Shown here piece after piece: positions 8,681-17,315 of a stretch of 32,169 bases of DNA (the first letter of the stretch is position 1; the number at the start of each line of letters is the position of its first letter). The stretch covers positions 1 to 32,169 of the forward strand of contig JBCNVN010000015.1 in assembly GCA_039630055.1 (NCBI GenBank), given 5' to 3'. The DNA is from Candidatus Caldarchaeales archaeon (lineage in GTDB: Archaea; Thermoproteota; Nitrososphaeria_A; Caldarchaeales; Wolframiiraptoraceae). A program made the position numbers and the translations under genes. The notes under the pieces are model-generated. The model was not told the origin of the DNA, did not search any database, and worked only from the letters and a program-made list of their open reading frames with translations.

Positions 8681-10222
8681 ATGCATCCAGAGAAGATAGA
8701 TATAATCTTGACAACCGATAGGACGATGATGTCCAATCATCATGGTAAAGAATTTTTAGGATTCATGGCTACAGGTCCACCGATATCCATGCCCGAATTT
8801 ATGTGGATGTGGATAGCTGCACCGAAGATGAAGGTAGACGAATTGGGAAGACCGTGGCAGGCACCCTACGCTCTAAGAGAATTAGAAGCCCTCTTAATAG
8901 ACCATGGTTACAATGCTTCGGTGATAGACCCAGATTACGTAGGTCGATACCTAACCAATGCTAAGATCATGATGTTAAGTCATCATGACTATTTTGCACT
9001 CTGCCCACCTAGCAGTGAGTGGTGGGTCGTCACCAAGAAGGAGCCGGTGAATGCTAGAAGCTTTAGAAGGTTCATGGATAGTCTTCCGATAAGTGAAGCT
9101 AAAAGAAGGGGGCTAAGGATAATCGTTGGAGGACCATCAGCATGGCAATGGCTCTACAAGATAGATATGTGGAGTAGATGGATGGTGGATACTGTCGTAG
9201 ATGGAGAGGGAGAGAGGATAGTTCTAGACTTGGTTGAGAGAGTATATAATGGTGAGCCTCTACCTAGGTATGTATATGTAGGACCAAAAGATGTACCCAC
9301 TATCGATGAGATCCATACGATAAAATACGCTAGCGTCAATGGATTAGTTGAGATAATGCGTGGATGCCCGAGAAGATGTAAATTCTGCTCTGTAACTCTC
9401 AGAGCGCTCCGACACATGCCTCTTGAGAAGATCGAGAAAGAAATAAAAGTTAATGTTCAGCAAGGAGTAAAGAACGGTATACTCCACTCTGAAGACGTAT
9501 TGCTTTATGGTGGTAGAGGATTAGAACTGAATCCAGATGCATTAATAAAGCTTCACGAAACTGCTAGAAAACATCTTAAAGAAGTTGCTTGGAGTCATGC
9601 GGCCCTCGCAACTATCAAAAATGCTGAAGAAGAGCATCGATTGATATCGAAGATCATGGATATTATTAAGAGTGGTGGAGATCAGATATATCTTGGAGTG
9701 GAGGTAGGTTTAGAGACCGGTTCTCCTAGACTGGCTAAGAAGATAATGCCTGCAAAATCTTTACCATATTCTCCAGAGACATGGCCCAGCGTAGTAGAAG
9801 ATGCATTCTCCATAATGCATGAAAACAATATTGTGCCGGCTGCCACCTTGATCCTTGGACTACCAGAAGAGACCCTTGAAGACTTGATGTTAACCGCCGA
9901 GCTAATCGATAGGCTTAGACCATATAGAAGCCTGATCGTTCCAATGTTCTTTGTACCGATGGGTATACTCAAAGATAAAGACTGGTTTACAGAAGTTAAG
10001 ATAAAAGATGAGCATATAGAAGTAATGCGTAGATGTCTATGGCATTCAATATATTGGGCTGAAGACATAATGAATAGATTCTACTTAAAGAAGGCTGGAT
10101 ACTCTCCTCTAAGATTCATGATTAAGCTATTTTTGAAATATGTGAAATGGAAAGGTAGGAGTGTTGAGAAGAGCCTCGGTCTTAAACCTGTAGAGAAACC
10201 GATAGCACCCATAACAAAATAA
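8681..10222 (+). CDS. B12-binding radical SAM protein, likely GDGT ring synthase (Grs) family
   Basis: RGCPRRCKFC (CxxxCxxC), IIVGGP and DGEGE cobalamin-domain motifs. N-terminal ILTTDRTMMS and APYALRELEA resemble the Grs-type archaeal subfamily; this assignment is from recalled motifs and has not been searched. Confidence 0.75.
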   Translation: MHPEKIDIILTTDRTMMSNHHGKEFLGFMATGPPISMPEFMWMWIAAPKMKVDELGRPWQAPYALRELEALLIDHGYNASVIDPDYVGRYLTNAKIMMLSHHDYFALCPPSSEWWVVTKKEPVNARSFRRFMDSLPISEAKRRGLRIIVGGPSAWQWLYKIDMWSRWMVDTVVDGEGERIVLDLVERVYNGEPLPRYVYVGPKDVPTIDEIHTIKYASVNGLVEIMRGCPRRCKFCSVTLRALRHMPLEKIEKEIKVNVQQGVKNGILHSEDVLLYGGRGLELNPDALIKLHETARKHLKEVAWSHAALATIKNAEEEHRLISKIMDIIKSGGDQIYLGVEVGLETGSPRLAKKIMPAKSLPYSPETWPSVVEDAFSIMHENNIVPAATLILGLPEETLEDLMLTAELIDRLRPYRSLIVPMFFVPMGILKDKDWFTEVKIKDEHIEVMRRCLWHSIYWAEDIMNRFYLKKAGYSPLRFMIKLFLKYVKWKGRSVEKSLGLKPVEKPIAPITK

Positions 10223-10251
10223 CTATAATTACATGATATTTGGAGATCGGG

Positions 10252-11058
10252 TTAAACCGTTATCCGAGTACCTAGTTTACTCTCCAATACTGTTAAAGGA
10301 TCTTGGATTAGCCCTGAAGATATTATCGCTTCTCCAACCCCTCCTTGAACAACCTTAGCACACATAAGAGTTTTCCGATTCATTCCAACCCCAATCTTCG
10401 ATTGTATCACTTCTAAATCTTCTATCTTTATCTCTGTAACCAGTTTACCGTCAACGAGTACCCCATCAACATCTGTAAGAAATATAAGCTTATCCGCTCT
10501 TATAGCCTCCGATATCTTAGCTGCAGCCTGGTCAGCATCCACATTTAATAGTTCACCTTCTTCTCCTAAAGCTATTGGAGCTATTACAGGTAGATATCCT
10601 TGGGCGATGAGTCTGAGGAGAAGCTCTGCCTCAACCTCTCTTATCGTCCCCGTATAGCCTCCTGGAACAATCTTCTTCCTATTATTCTCATCCAAGATCA
10701 CGATCTTCTTTTTTCTTTCAGCCTTCATCAGTCCTCCATCTGCTCCAGTTAAACCAATAGACCTTATATTCATATTGTTGAGTTTAGCCACTATCTCTTT
10801 ATTGATCTTTCCAGCCATAACCATTACATAAATTTCTAGCTCCCTCTCATCTGTATACCTGCTTCTTATCCCCTGTGGAGAGATAACGAACCTAGGCTCC
10901 ACACCCATAATCTTCTCATACTTGGTTACAAGGTCTCCCCCACCATGAACGAATACAAACTTTAACCCTCTAGAGATTCTACTCGCCAAACTCTCCAGAA
11001 TATTATCGATATTTTTTTCGAGAGCTCTTCCCCCAACCTTTACAACGATCAAAGACAT
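10252..11058 (-). CDS. lysZ: [LysW]-aminoadipate/[LysW]-glutamate kinase
   Basis: VVKVGG, VHGGG, SRYTD, GGYTG, LNVDAD and TDVDG amino-acid kinase motifs. Confidence 0.93.
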   Translation of the reverse strand: MSLIVVKVGGRALEKNIDNILESLASRISRGLKFVFVHGGGDLVTKYEKIMGVEPRFVISPQGIRSRYTDERELEIYVMVMAGKINKEIVAKLNNMNIRSIGLTGADGGLMKAERKKKIVILDENNRKKIVPGGYTGTIREVEAELLLRLIAQGYLPVIAPIALGEEGELLNVDADQAAAKISEAIRADKLIFLTDVDGVLVDGKLVTEIKIEDLEVIQSKIGVGMNRKTLMCAKVVQGGVGEAIISSGLIQDPLTVLESKLGTRITV

Positions 11059-11144
11059 ATCTTAAGAATCATATTAGAATCCTAGAATATAACTTCTCCA
11101 TCATAGATCTTAACCTGATTGATCCTCCACCAATTATTAGGCAA

Positions 11145-11159
11145 GCCTATTATATAGGC
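11145..11159. promoter_or_regulatory. Palindrome overlapping the lysY TATA box in the divergent lysZ/lysY intergenic region
   Basis: GCCTAT-TAT-ATAGGC is a perfect 6-bp inverted repeat around TTATATA, about 20-30 bp upstream of the lysY ATG. Confidence 0.4.
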
Positions 11160-11177
11160 GGCTATCTGGATTCTCTG

Positions 11178-12230
11178 ATGATCAGGGTAGGGATCGTTGG
11201 TGCAAGCGGATATACTGGTGGAGAGTTCTTAAGACTGCTCTCCCAGCATCGAGAGGTCAAATTAACAGTGGCTACTTCTAGAGAATTTGCTGGAAAACCT
11301 ATATCTTATGTACATGTAAACTTGAGGAGATACTACTCAGACCTTAAGTTTACAAATTTGGAGATTGATGAACTAGCTTCAAGATGTGACTTGGTATTTA
11401 TTAATACTCCTCCAGGTGTCTCTCAGAAGATTACGCCTAGGCTACTAGAGAATGGATTGAAGATTATTGATCTAAGTCCAGATTTCAGACTTAAGAATGT
11501 TAAAGAATATGAGAAATGGTATCAGATGACTCATGAAGCGGTAGACCTACTATCTAAGGCGGTTTATGGTCTGCCTGAGATACATAGAGAAGAGCTAAAG
11601 AATGCAGAACTAGTCGCTTGCCCAGGATGTAATGCAACCGCATCAATACTTGCCTTGTACCCACTACTCGAATCTAACATTATAGATCCATCCCACATAG
11701 TTGTCGATGTAAAAGTAGGAAGTAGCGAGGCGGGTCGCAAGCCCAATCTGGGATCCCATCACCCTGAGAGAGCGAACGTCATGAGGCCTTACAGTGTAGA
11801 AGGACATAGACATGTTGCCGAGATTATACAAGAGCTAAGCCCTCTCACAAGTGATGAGATAGGGATAATATTCGTACCACATGCTGTTGGAGCTGTAAGG
11901 GGAGCCTTAGCTACATGCTATACATGGCTAACGCGAGAAAACATAGATGAAAACATGCTTAGAAGAATATATGCTAGGAGATATGGAAGAGAGCCCTTTG
12001 TAAGAATAGTTGGAGAAGGATTATTCAAGTATCCCGATCCGATAAATGTTGTAGCCTCAAATTATGCAGATGTAAAAGCGGTACCATATGAGAGGAAGGG
12101 GGTAATCGCATTCTGCGCTATAGACAATCTGGTAAAGGGTGCAGCTGGACAAGCCATCCAATGTATGAACATAATCTTGGGGATAGATGAGAAGACAGGG
12201 CTTGAAACCCCGCCTCTAAGACCTATCTAA
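11178..12230 (+). CDS. lysY: [LysW]-aminoadipyl/glutamyl-phosphate reductase (ArgC family)
   Basis: GASGYTG, DLSPDFRL, YGLPE, PGCNAT (catalytic Cys), HHPER, HRHVAEI and IDNLVKGAAGQA motifs. Confidence 0.93.
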   Translation: MIRVGIVGASGYTGGEFLRLLSQHREVKLTVATSREFAGKPISYVHVNLRRYYSDLKFTNLEIDELASRCDLVFINTPPGVSQKITPRLLENGLKIIDLSPDFRLKNVKEYEKWYQMTHEAVDLLSKAVYGLPEIHREELKNAELVACPGCNATASILALYPLLESNIIDPSHIVVDVKVGSSEAGRKPNLGSHHPERANVMRPYSVEGHRHVAEIIQELSPLTSDEIGIIFVPHAVGAVRGALATCYTWLTRENIDENMLRRIYARRYGREPFVRIVGEGLFKYPDPINVVASNYADVKAVPYERKGVIAFCAIDNLVKGAAGQAIQCMNIILGIDEKTGLETPPLRPI

Positions 12231-12272
12231 TCATCAAGTAATCCATCTTTTTAACCTCCAATTTTATAGGCT

Positions 12273-13112
12273 CTAATTCTTTAACTCGGCTTTAATATAT
12301 CTCGCTAGAATCTCGGGAACATTTATCTTCGTCGTAGTCATGAATCCTTTAAACTCGGGAACCCCGTTAACCTCATTCACCAAGTATCTTCCATCTTCGA
12401 GGAAGACATCGACGGCTAAGAACTCACCTCCAACAACTCTAATAGTCTTCTGTATAATATCTTCTAGCTCTGTATCTACTTTATAAGGCTCCATCCTCGC
12501 ACCTAGGGCTACATTACTCCTCCACTCCCCATCGTTCGGAACCCTTACAACCGCTCCGATAATCATATCGCCTATCGATAATACTCTTATATCTCTTCTA
12601 CCCTCCTTGATATACCTCTGTATCATATGGGTTCTACTACTCTGGCTTAACATCATCTCTCTATGCTCTACTATACTCTTCAAGACATTTACATCGCTTA
12701 CAAGTGTGATCAATCTTCCCCAGCTTCCAATCGGAGGCTTATCTACCAGGGGGAAACCTATAATCTCCCCCGCTTTAATTACTGCATTATCGCTGAATGC
12801 TACATATGTCTCTGGGAAGGGTATTCCAGCTTCTTTAAGCTTTGAGAGTGTTAAGATCTTGTCTCCTGCAATCATTATCGAGACATGGTTATTTATAGTT
12901 TTGACATTCATAGATTCCCTTATACATGAGGAATAGACAGCCTTCTGCATCGAGATTGGACGGATAAGAGATATGTTTGGAGGATTATCGATCCATGATA
13001 AAGGACTATACTTCAAGTTTGTAATCTTTACATCCAAGCCAACATCTTTAAGATTCTTGATAATTAGCTTCTCCTCAAGTCTTACGATGTCCAAGATAAC
13101 CTCGACTTCCAC
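12273..13112 (-). CDS. argX: Glutamate--LysW ligase (RimK/ATP-grasp)
   Basis: VRLEEK, RPISMQKA, KPPIGSWGR, WRSNVALG and EVNGVPEFKG motifs. The SM../NVA-type motifs fit ArgX rather than LysX; GTG start. Confidence 0.82.
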   Translation of the reverse strand: MEVEVILDIVRLEEKLIIKNLKDVGLDVKITNLKYSPLSWIDNPPNISLIRPISMQKAVYSSCIRESMNVKTINNHVSIMIAGDKILTLSKLKEAGIPFPETYVAFSDNAVIKAGEIIGFPLVDKPPIGSWGRLITLVSDVNVLKSIVEHREMMLSQSSRTHMIQRYIKEGRRDIRVLSIGDMIIGAVVRVPNDGEWRSNVALGARMEPYKVDTELEDIIQKTIRVVGGEFLAVDVFLEDGRYLVNEVNGVPEFKGFMTTTKINVPEILARYIKAELKN

Positions 13113-13392
13113 CCTACCCTCACTTATAGTTAAAGAATCCTAAGGCTAATATAAATACTTTTAAAATAAAAATTTTGAAAAAAACATTATCTAATGAAGA
13201 TCTTTATGTAAAAGGTTCCTTTTATCAAAAATCTTTAATCATGGCCATCTAGACAGGAGAGGGAAAAGATTCCAACTACTCGGTCTAGATAAATGAATGG
13301 GATGCTCTAGTAGTCGGTCTGAAGCCATACTATATATCTCATGTTAAAATGTTAATAACTTGTTTCATTTCTGGATAATAGGTAATGAGTAT

Positions 13393-14808
13393 ATGGATAT
13401 GGGTGATGAATTAGAAGGTAAGAGAGAAGAGGTTAGGAAGGTTACAGAAGAGATCTTAAAACTGGTTGCTAGAAGGAGGGAGCTGGTCTCAGAGATCGCT
13501 GAGATAAAGAAGAGGTTGAACCTCGATATAATAGATAGAAAGGCAGAGTCCCTCATAATGACTGAATCTCTCAAACTCTCTGAAGAACTAGGACTAGATA
13601 AAGACTCTACGAGGAGACTGGTCTCACTACTTATCTCAGACTCGGTAAAAGCTCAAGAAGAGAAGACTTCTAGAACTCGAGAGATCGGTTTAAGAGAGAT
13701 CTTCTATACAGCTCTCGAACTGCAAAGGTCTGGAAAAAAGATTATAAGACTTGAAGTTGGTGAACCAGACTTCCAAGCTCCACCAGAAGTAATCGAAGAA
13801 GCTTATAGATCTCTAAGAGAAGGTAGATCAAAATATATCTCACCCTACGGATTGTTTGAGCTTAGAGAAGCAATAGCCCAGAGGATGAATAATCTATACG
13901 GCACAGACCTCAAGCCAGAGAATGTTCTGATTACAGGTGGAGGGATAATGGCGATCCGGATAGCCTTAGAAGTCTTAACCAATTATGGAGACGAGGTACT
14001 GGTTCCGGAGCCTGCATGGCCACTCTATAAGCAGATCGCCCAACAGCTTGGTAGAAGATATATAAGATTAAAGACCGAGATGGAGAATGGCTGGGCTCTG
14101 GAACCTGGAGAAATTAGAGGGTATGTTACAGAGGCATCGAAGATATTGATTATAAATTATCCGAACAATCCGACGGGTCGAGCACTTAAGCCTGATGAGC
14201 TGAGAAGTCTAGTAGAGGAAGCGAGAAGCTGTGGATTAACTATAATAAGTGATGAAGTCTATTCCGACTACTATTTCCATGGAGAGAGGGCTCCAAGCAT
14301 CGTCGAGGTGCTCGATGAAGGATATGTCCTGGTAAACTCCTTCTCAAAGACTTGGGGCATGACGGGATATAGAATCGGCTACATGGTCGGGGATAGAGAG
14401 TTTATCGAGAAAGCAGCGATAGCGCTCAGCCTAATGATAACCTGTCTACCTGAGTTCTTACAGAGGGCTGCTCTCAAAGCTCTCGAGAATGAAGAATATG
14501 TTAAGAAGAATGTTGAAGAGACTAGGGAGAGGGTAGAATATATGTTGAAGAAGTTGTCTAGGAGCGATTTAATAGATGTTCGACCACCAGATGGAACATT
14601 CTATCTATTTCCAAAGATAAAGATCCCAGGATTCAATTCATCAGACTTCTCTCTAAAGCTTCTAAAAGATCATGGTGTAGCCGTAGCCCCTGGATCCGGC
14701 TTCGGAGACTACCCACACCATCTAAGACTGTCAGCGGTAAAATCAGTGAGAGAGATAGATGAAGGAATAGAAAAGCTATTACAAGTAATACATCTGCTCT
14801 ACAAATAA
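13393..14808 (+). CDS. Chorismate mutase (AroQ) fused to a class I/II PLP aminotransferase
   Basis: N-terminal helical domain REEVRKVTEEILKLVARRRELVSEIAEIKK...DRKAE...SVKAQ, then GEPDF, NYPNNPTG, SDEVY, SFSKTWGMTGYRIG (PLP Lys) and LRLS. Start is ATG 13393 or 13399 rather than TTG 13360. Confidence 0.88.
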   Translation: MDMGDELEGKREEVRKVTEEILKLVARRRELVSEIAEIKKRLNLDIIDRKAESLIMTESLKLSEELGLDKDSTRRLVSLLISDSVKAQEEKTSRTREIGLREIFYTALELQRSGKKIIRLEVGEPDFQAPPEVIEEAYRSLREGRSKYISPYGLFELREAIAQRMNNLYGTDLKPENVLITGGGIMAIRIALEVLTNYGDEVLVPEPAWPLYKQIAQQLGRRYIRLKTEMENGWALEPGEIRGYVTEASKILIINYPNNPTGRALKPDELRSLVEEARSCGLTIISDEVYSDYYFHGERAPSIVEVLDEGYVLVNSFSKTWGMTGYRIGYMVGDREFIEKAAIALSLMITCLPEFLQRAALKALENEEYVKKNVEETRERVEYMLKKLSRSDLIDVRPPDGTFYLFPKIKIPGFNSSDFSLKLLKDHGVAVAPGSGFGDYPHHLRLSAVKSVREIDEGIEKLLQVIHLLYK

Positions 14809-14982
14809 GGTATAGGGGTAGTTCATAGTTCTTAGGGAGATTTTCGAGTCACATATTCTAGTTTAGCCTTTAAACAATCGAACCTATACAAATATTTGTT
14901 AATGGATTATAATAAATCGATTCTAAGTCTTCTAAGAGATAGTTACTTATTTTTAGAGTAGATAGATATGGAGGCTGCCTAT

Positions 14983-15369
14983 CTATTCATCCTCCTCTCT
15001 AATCTCTTCTATTAGAATGTTCTTCTGCTTCTTTCTGCTTACGATTGCCTCATCTGTTCTCTTAGGAGAGGTATGGGAGTCATCTTTCTTGCCTCCTATC
15101 TCTTCTATAAGAGGTCTACCACCCTCGATAATTATCTCTGCACCAGGATATCTTTCTTCAAGCTCTTTCCTAAACTTCTCAACCTCGACATCTCCAGACA
15201 CTTTAGCTCTGACAACAGTCTTGTCCCCTATCTGAGAGACTTGGATCGAGTAACTTGAACCGAAGCCTTCATGTGATATCTCTGGGAATTCTAAGAAGTC
15301 TTTGAAAATATCTTCACCGAATATTTCGTCGAAGAAGCTCCTCCTACGCTTCTTCATCCCGTTCTTCAT
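14983..15369 (-). CDS. Hypothetical protein resembling the N-terminal region of archaeal Hsp20, without an alpha-crystallin domain
   Basis: RRRSFFDEIF...SYSIQVSQ motif is similar to archaeal Hsp20 N-termini; no complete alpha-crystallin core is visible. Confidence 0.55.
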   Translation of the reverse strand: MKNGMKKRRRSFFDEIFGEDIFKDFLEFPEISHEGFGSSYSIQVSQIGDKTVVRAKVSGDVEVEKFRKELEERYPGAEIIIEGGRPLIEEIGGKKDDSHTSPKRTDEAIVSRKKQKNILIEEIREEDE

Positions 15370-15490
15370 GATACTGAAACCTATATTTATTTCTTAATCT
15401 ATACCGATTTTAAATTGTGGAGAAAAGACCCCGATGCTCAAGAATATATCTATATGAGCTTACATATTGCATCATTATTGAAGCATTATA

Positions 15491-15808
15491 TTATGGTTTT
15501 CTAAGGATAAAGATCTTCTTTCCACCATCTTTATCGTTAGTGTCTTCGGCGACCACCTCCATACCTATCTCTGGGTTATCACAATCTAGTAGGGCCAGTA
15601 CTTTAACATCATGATCGAATTCTGCTAACCCTATCTTGACTGGAGCTTGATATCCTTCACGAGTCGCGTAGATTATAGTATAGCTTACAAGTCTTCCACG
15701 ATTGAGGCCGACCTCTTCAAAGTCAATCGACTTACATCTTATACATCTAACTCTACTAGGTCTAAATACTGCTCCACAATTCTTACATCTATAAGCTTTC
15801 AACATCAT
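15491..15808 (-). CDS. DUF35 Zn-ribbon/OB-fold protein (thiolase partner)
   Basis: CKNCG...CIRC Zn ribbon, GRLVSYTII and IGMEV OB-fold motifs; ATGA overlap with the thiolase stop. Confidence 0.92.
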   Translation of the reverse strand: MMLKAYRCKNCGAVFRPSRVRCIRCKSIDFEEVGLNRGRLVSYTIIYATREGYQAPVKIGLAEFDHDVKVLALLDCDNPEIGMEVVAEDTNDKDGGKKIFILRKP

Positions 15809-16959
15809 CGGGCCACCTCTAGAATACTTACGATAACTCCATTACCATATCCTCCAATATTGCAGGTGAGCCCTCGTTCTGCATCAACCTGTCTCTCTCC
15901 ACACCTTTCCTGAAGCTGCATAAATATCTCAGCGACTTGAGCTATACCTGTTCCACCGATAGGATGCCCTTTAGCCTTTAAACCTCCACTCGTATTCACC
16001 GGCAACTCTCCATCTAGAGCCGTCTTATCTTCTAAAACAGCCTTCCAACCCTCACCCTTAGGAAAGAATCCTAGATCCTCGCATTGGAGTATCTCCAATA
16101 TCGTGGCCATATCATGAACCTCGACCACATGTATATCTTTCGGCTTCCTCCCAGCCATTCTATAAGCTTTCTCAGCCGCTCTTTTTACCGCTGGAAATAC
16201 GTCAAGCCTCTCTCTAGTCTGAATAGAATAGTAGTCTGTCGCAAACCCAATCCCTGATATTATCACCGGCTTATCCATAAGCTTCCTGGCATTATCGAGA
16301 GTTGTGAGGACAACCGCTGCCGCACCATCAGTTATAGGACAATAATCATATAAGCGGAGAGGATCACAGATGATTGGAGAATTGAGAACATCTTCTATCG
16401 TGATCTTCTTATGAAACTGGGCGAGAGGGTTGAGGAGCGCATTATCATGATTCTTAACAGCAACCTTAGCTAAAGCTTCTCGAGGTGCTCTATAAAGCTG
16501 CATATATTGACGTGCGCTGAGAGCAGCTAGAGATGGTAGAGTTATTCCATGAACCCTCTCTTCAGGATGTGTTAAACTAGCAATTATCTCAGCGATCTCA
16601 CTAGAATTTTTAGTCGTCATCTTCTCTCCACCTAATACTAATACATACTCTGAGCCTCCGCTGGCGATCGCCTGCCAACCTAAATATATCGCTGCTCCAC
16701 CACTTCCACTAGTATTCTCGACCTTGATAGCTGCCGCCGGCTCTAGACTGAGCTCGCCTACCAGAGCATTAGCGATACCTGAGATACTGTTGAACTCGCC
16801 GCTAGCCATATTCGCCACGAGTACTTCGTCGAATTCTATACCATCTAGCCCTGCATCTTCTATCGCTTTCAGCCCTGCTTCTGCTAAGAGCTCTATCAAG
16901 CCCTTATCCGTCTTCCCAAACTTTGTCAAACCACATCCGACTACGGCTACAGACGGCAT
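15805..16959 (-). CDS. SCP2-type thiolase-fold protein lacking the canonical catalytic cysteines
   Basis: GGEKM, CPITDGAAAVV, VNTSGGLKAKGHPIGGTG and NIGG motifs are present. VENTSGSG replaces VExACASG, and EVHDMA replaces EVHDCF. Confidence 0.88.
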   Translation of the reverse strand: MPSVAVVGCGLTKFGKTDKGLIELLAEAGLKAIEDAGLDGIEFDEVLVANMASGEFNSISGIANALVGELSLEPAAAIKVENTSGSGGAAIYLGWQAIASGGSEYVLVLGGEKMTTKNSSEIAEIIASLTHPEERVHGITLPSLAALSARQYMQLYRAPREALAKVAVKNHDNALLNPLAQFHKKITIEDVLNSPIICDPLRLYDYCPITDGAAAVVLTTLDNARKLMDKPVIISGIGFATDYYSIQTRERLDVFPAVKRAAEKAYRMAGRKPKDIHVVEVHDMATILEILQCEDLGFFPKGEGWKAVLEDKTALDGELPVNTSGGLKAKGHPIGGTGIAQVAEIFMQLQERCGERQVDAERGLTCNIGGYGNGVIVSILEVAR

Positions 16960-17315
16960 ACAAAATCAACATGCATAGATTTATTTAAAAAATACTTAAA
17001 GATCTTACGTTTAATGCTTAAGAAAGAATAGAGAGATCATCGCTAAGACAGATTTTTTTAGACCTAGTATACGATAAGACTCAAAGAATCCAGAGTATCC
17101 TATGGTGCATCAGCTAAAGACTGTAGAATTCCTTGATGATTCAGTGTTGTAGAGGTTTAATATGGAAGAGTTAAGATCATAGCTTCTTAAATCTACCGAT
17201 ACTATATTAAATCGATACCCAACTCGAGCTAGAGATAAAAATATCTTAAAAGATAATGCTTTTATAAGAATATCATAATAATTCATATATTCCTATAATA
17301 GTATTTAACAGTGAG

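Noticed and set aside
16960-17315. 356-bp spacer with a TGATGA box-C-like motif near 17134
   Set aside because: No properly spaced D'/C'/D boxes and no recognisable ORF remnant.
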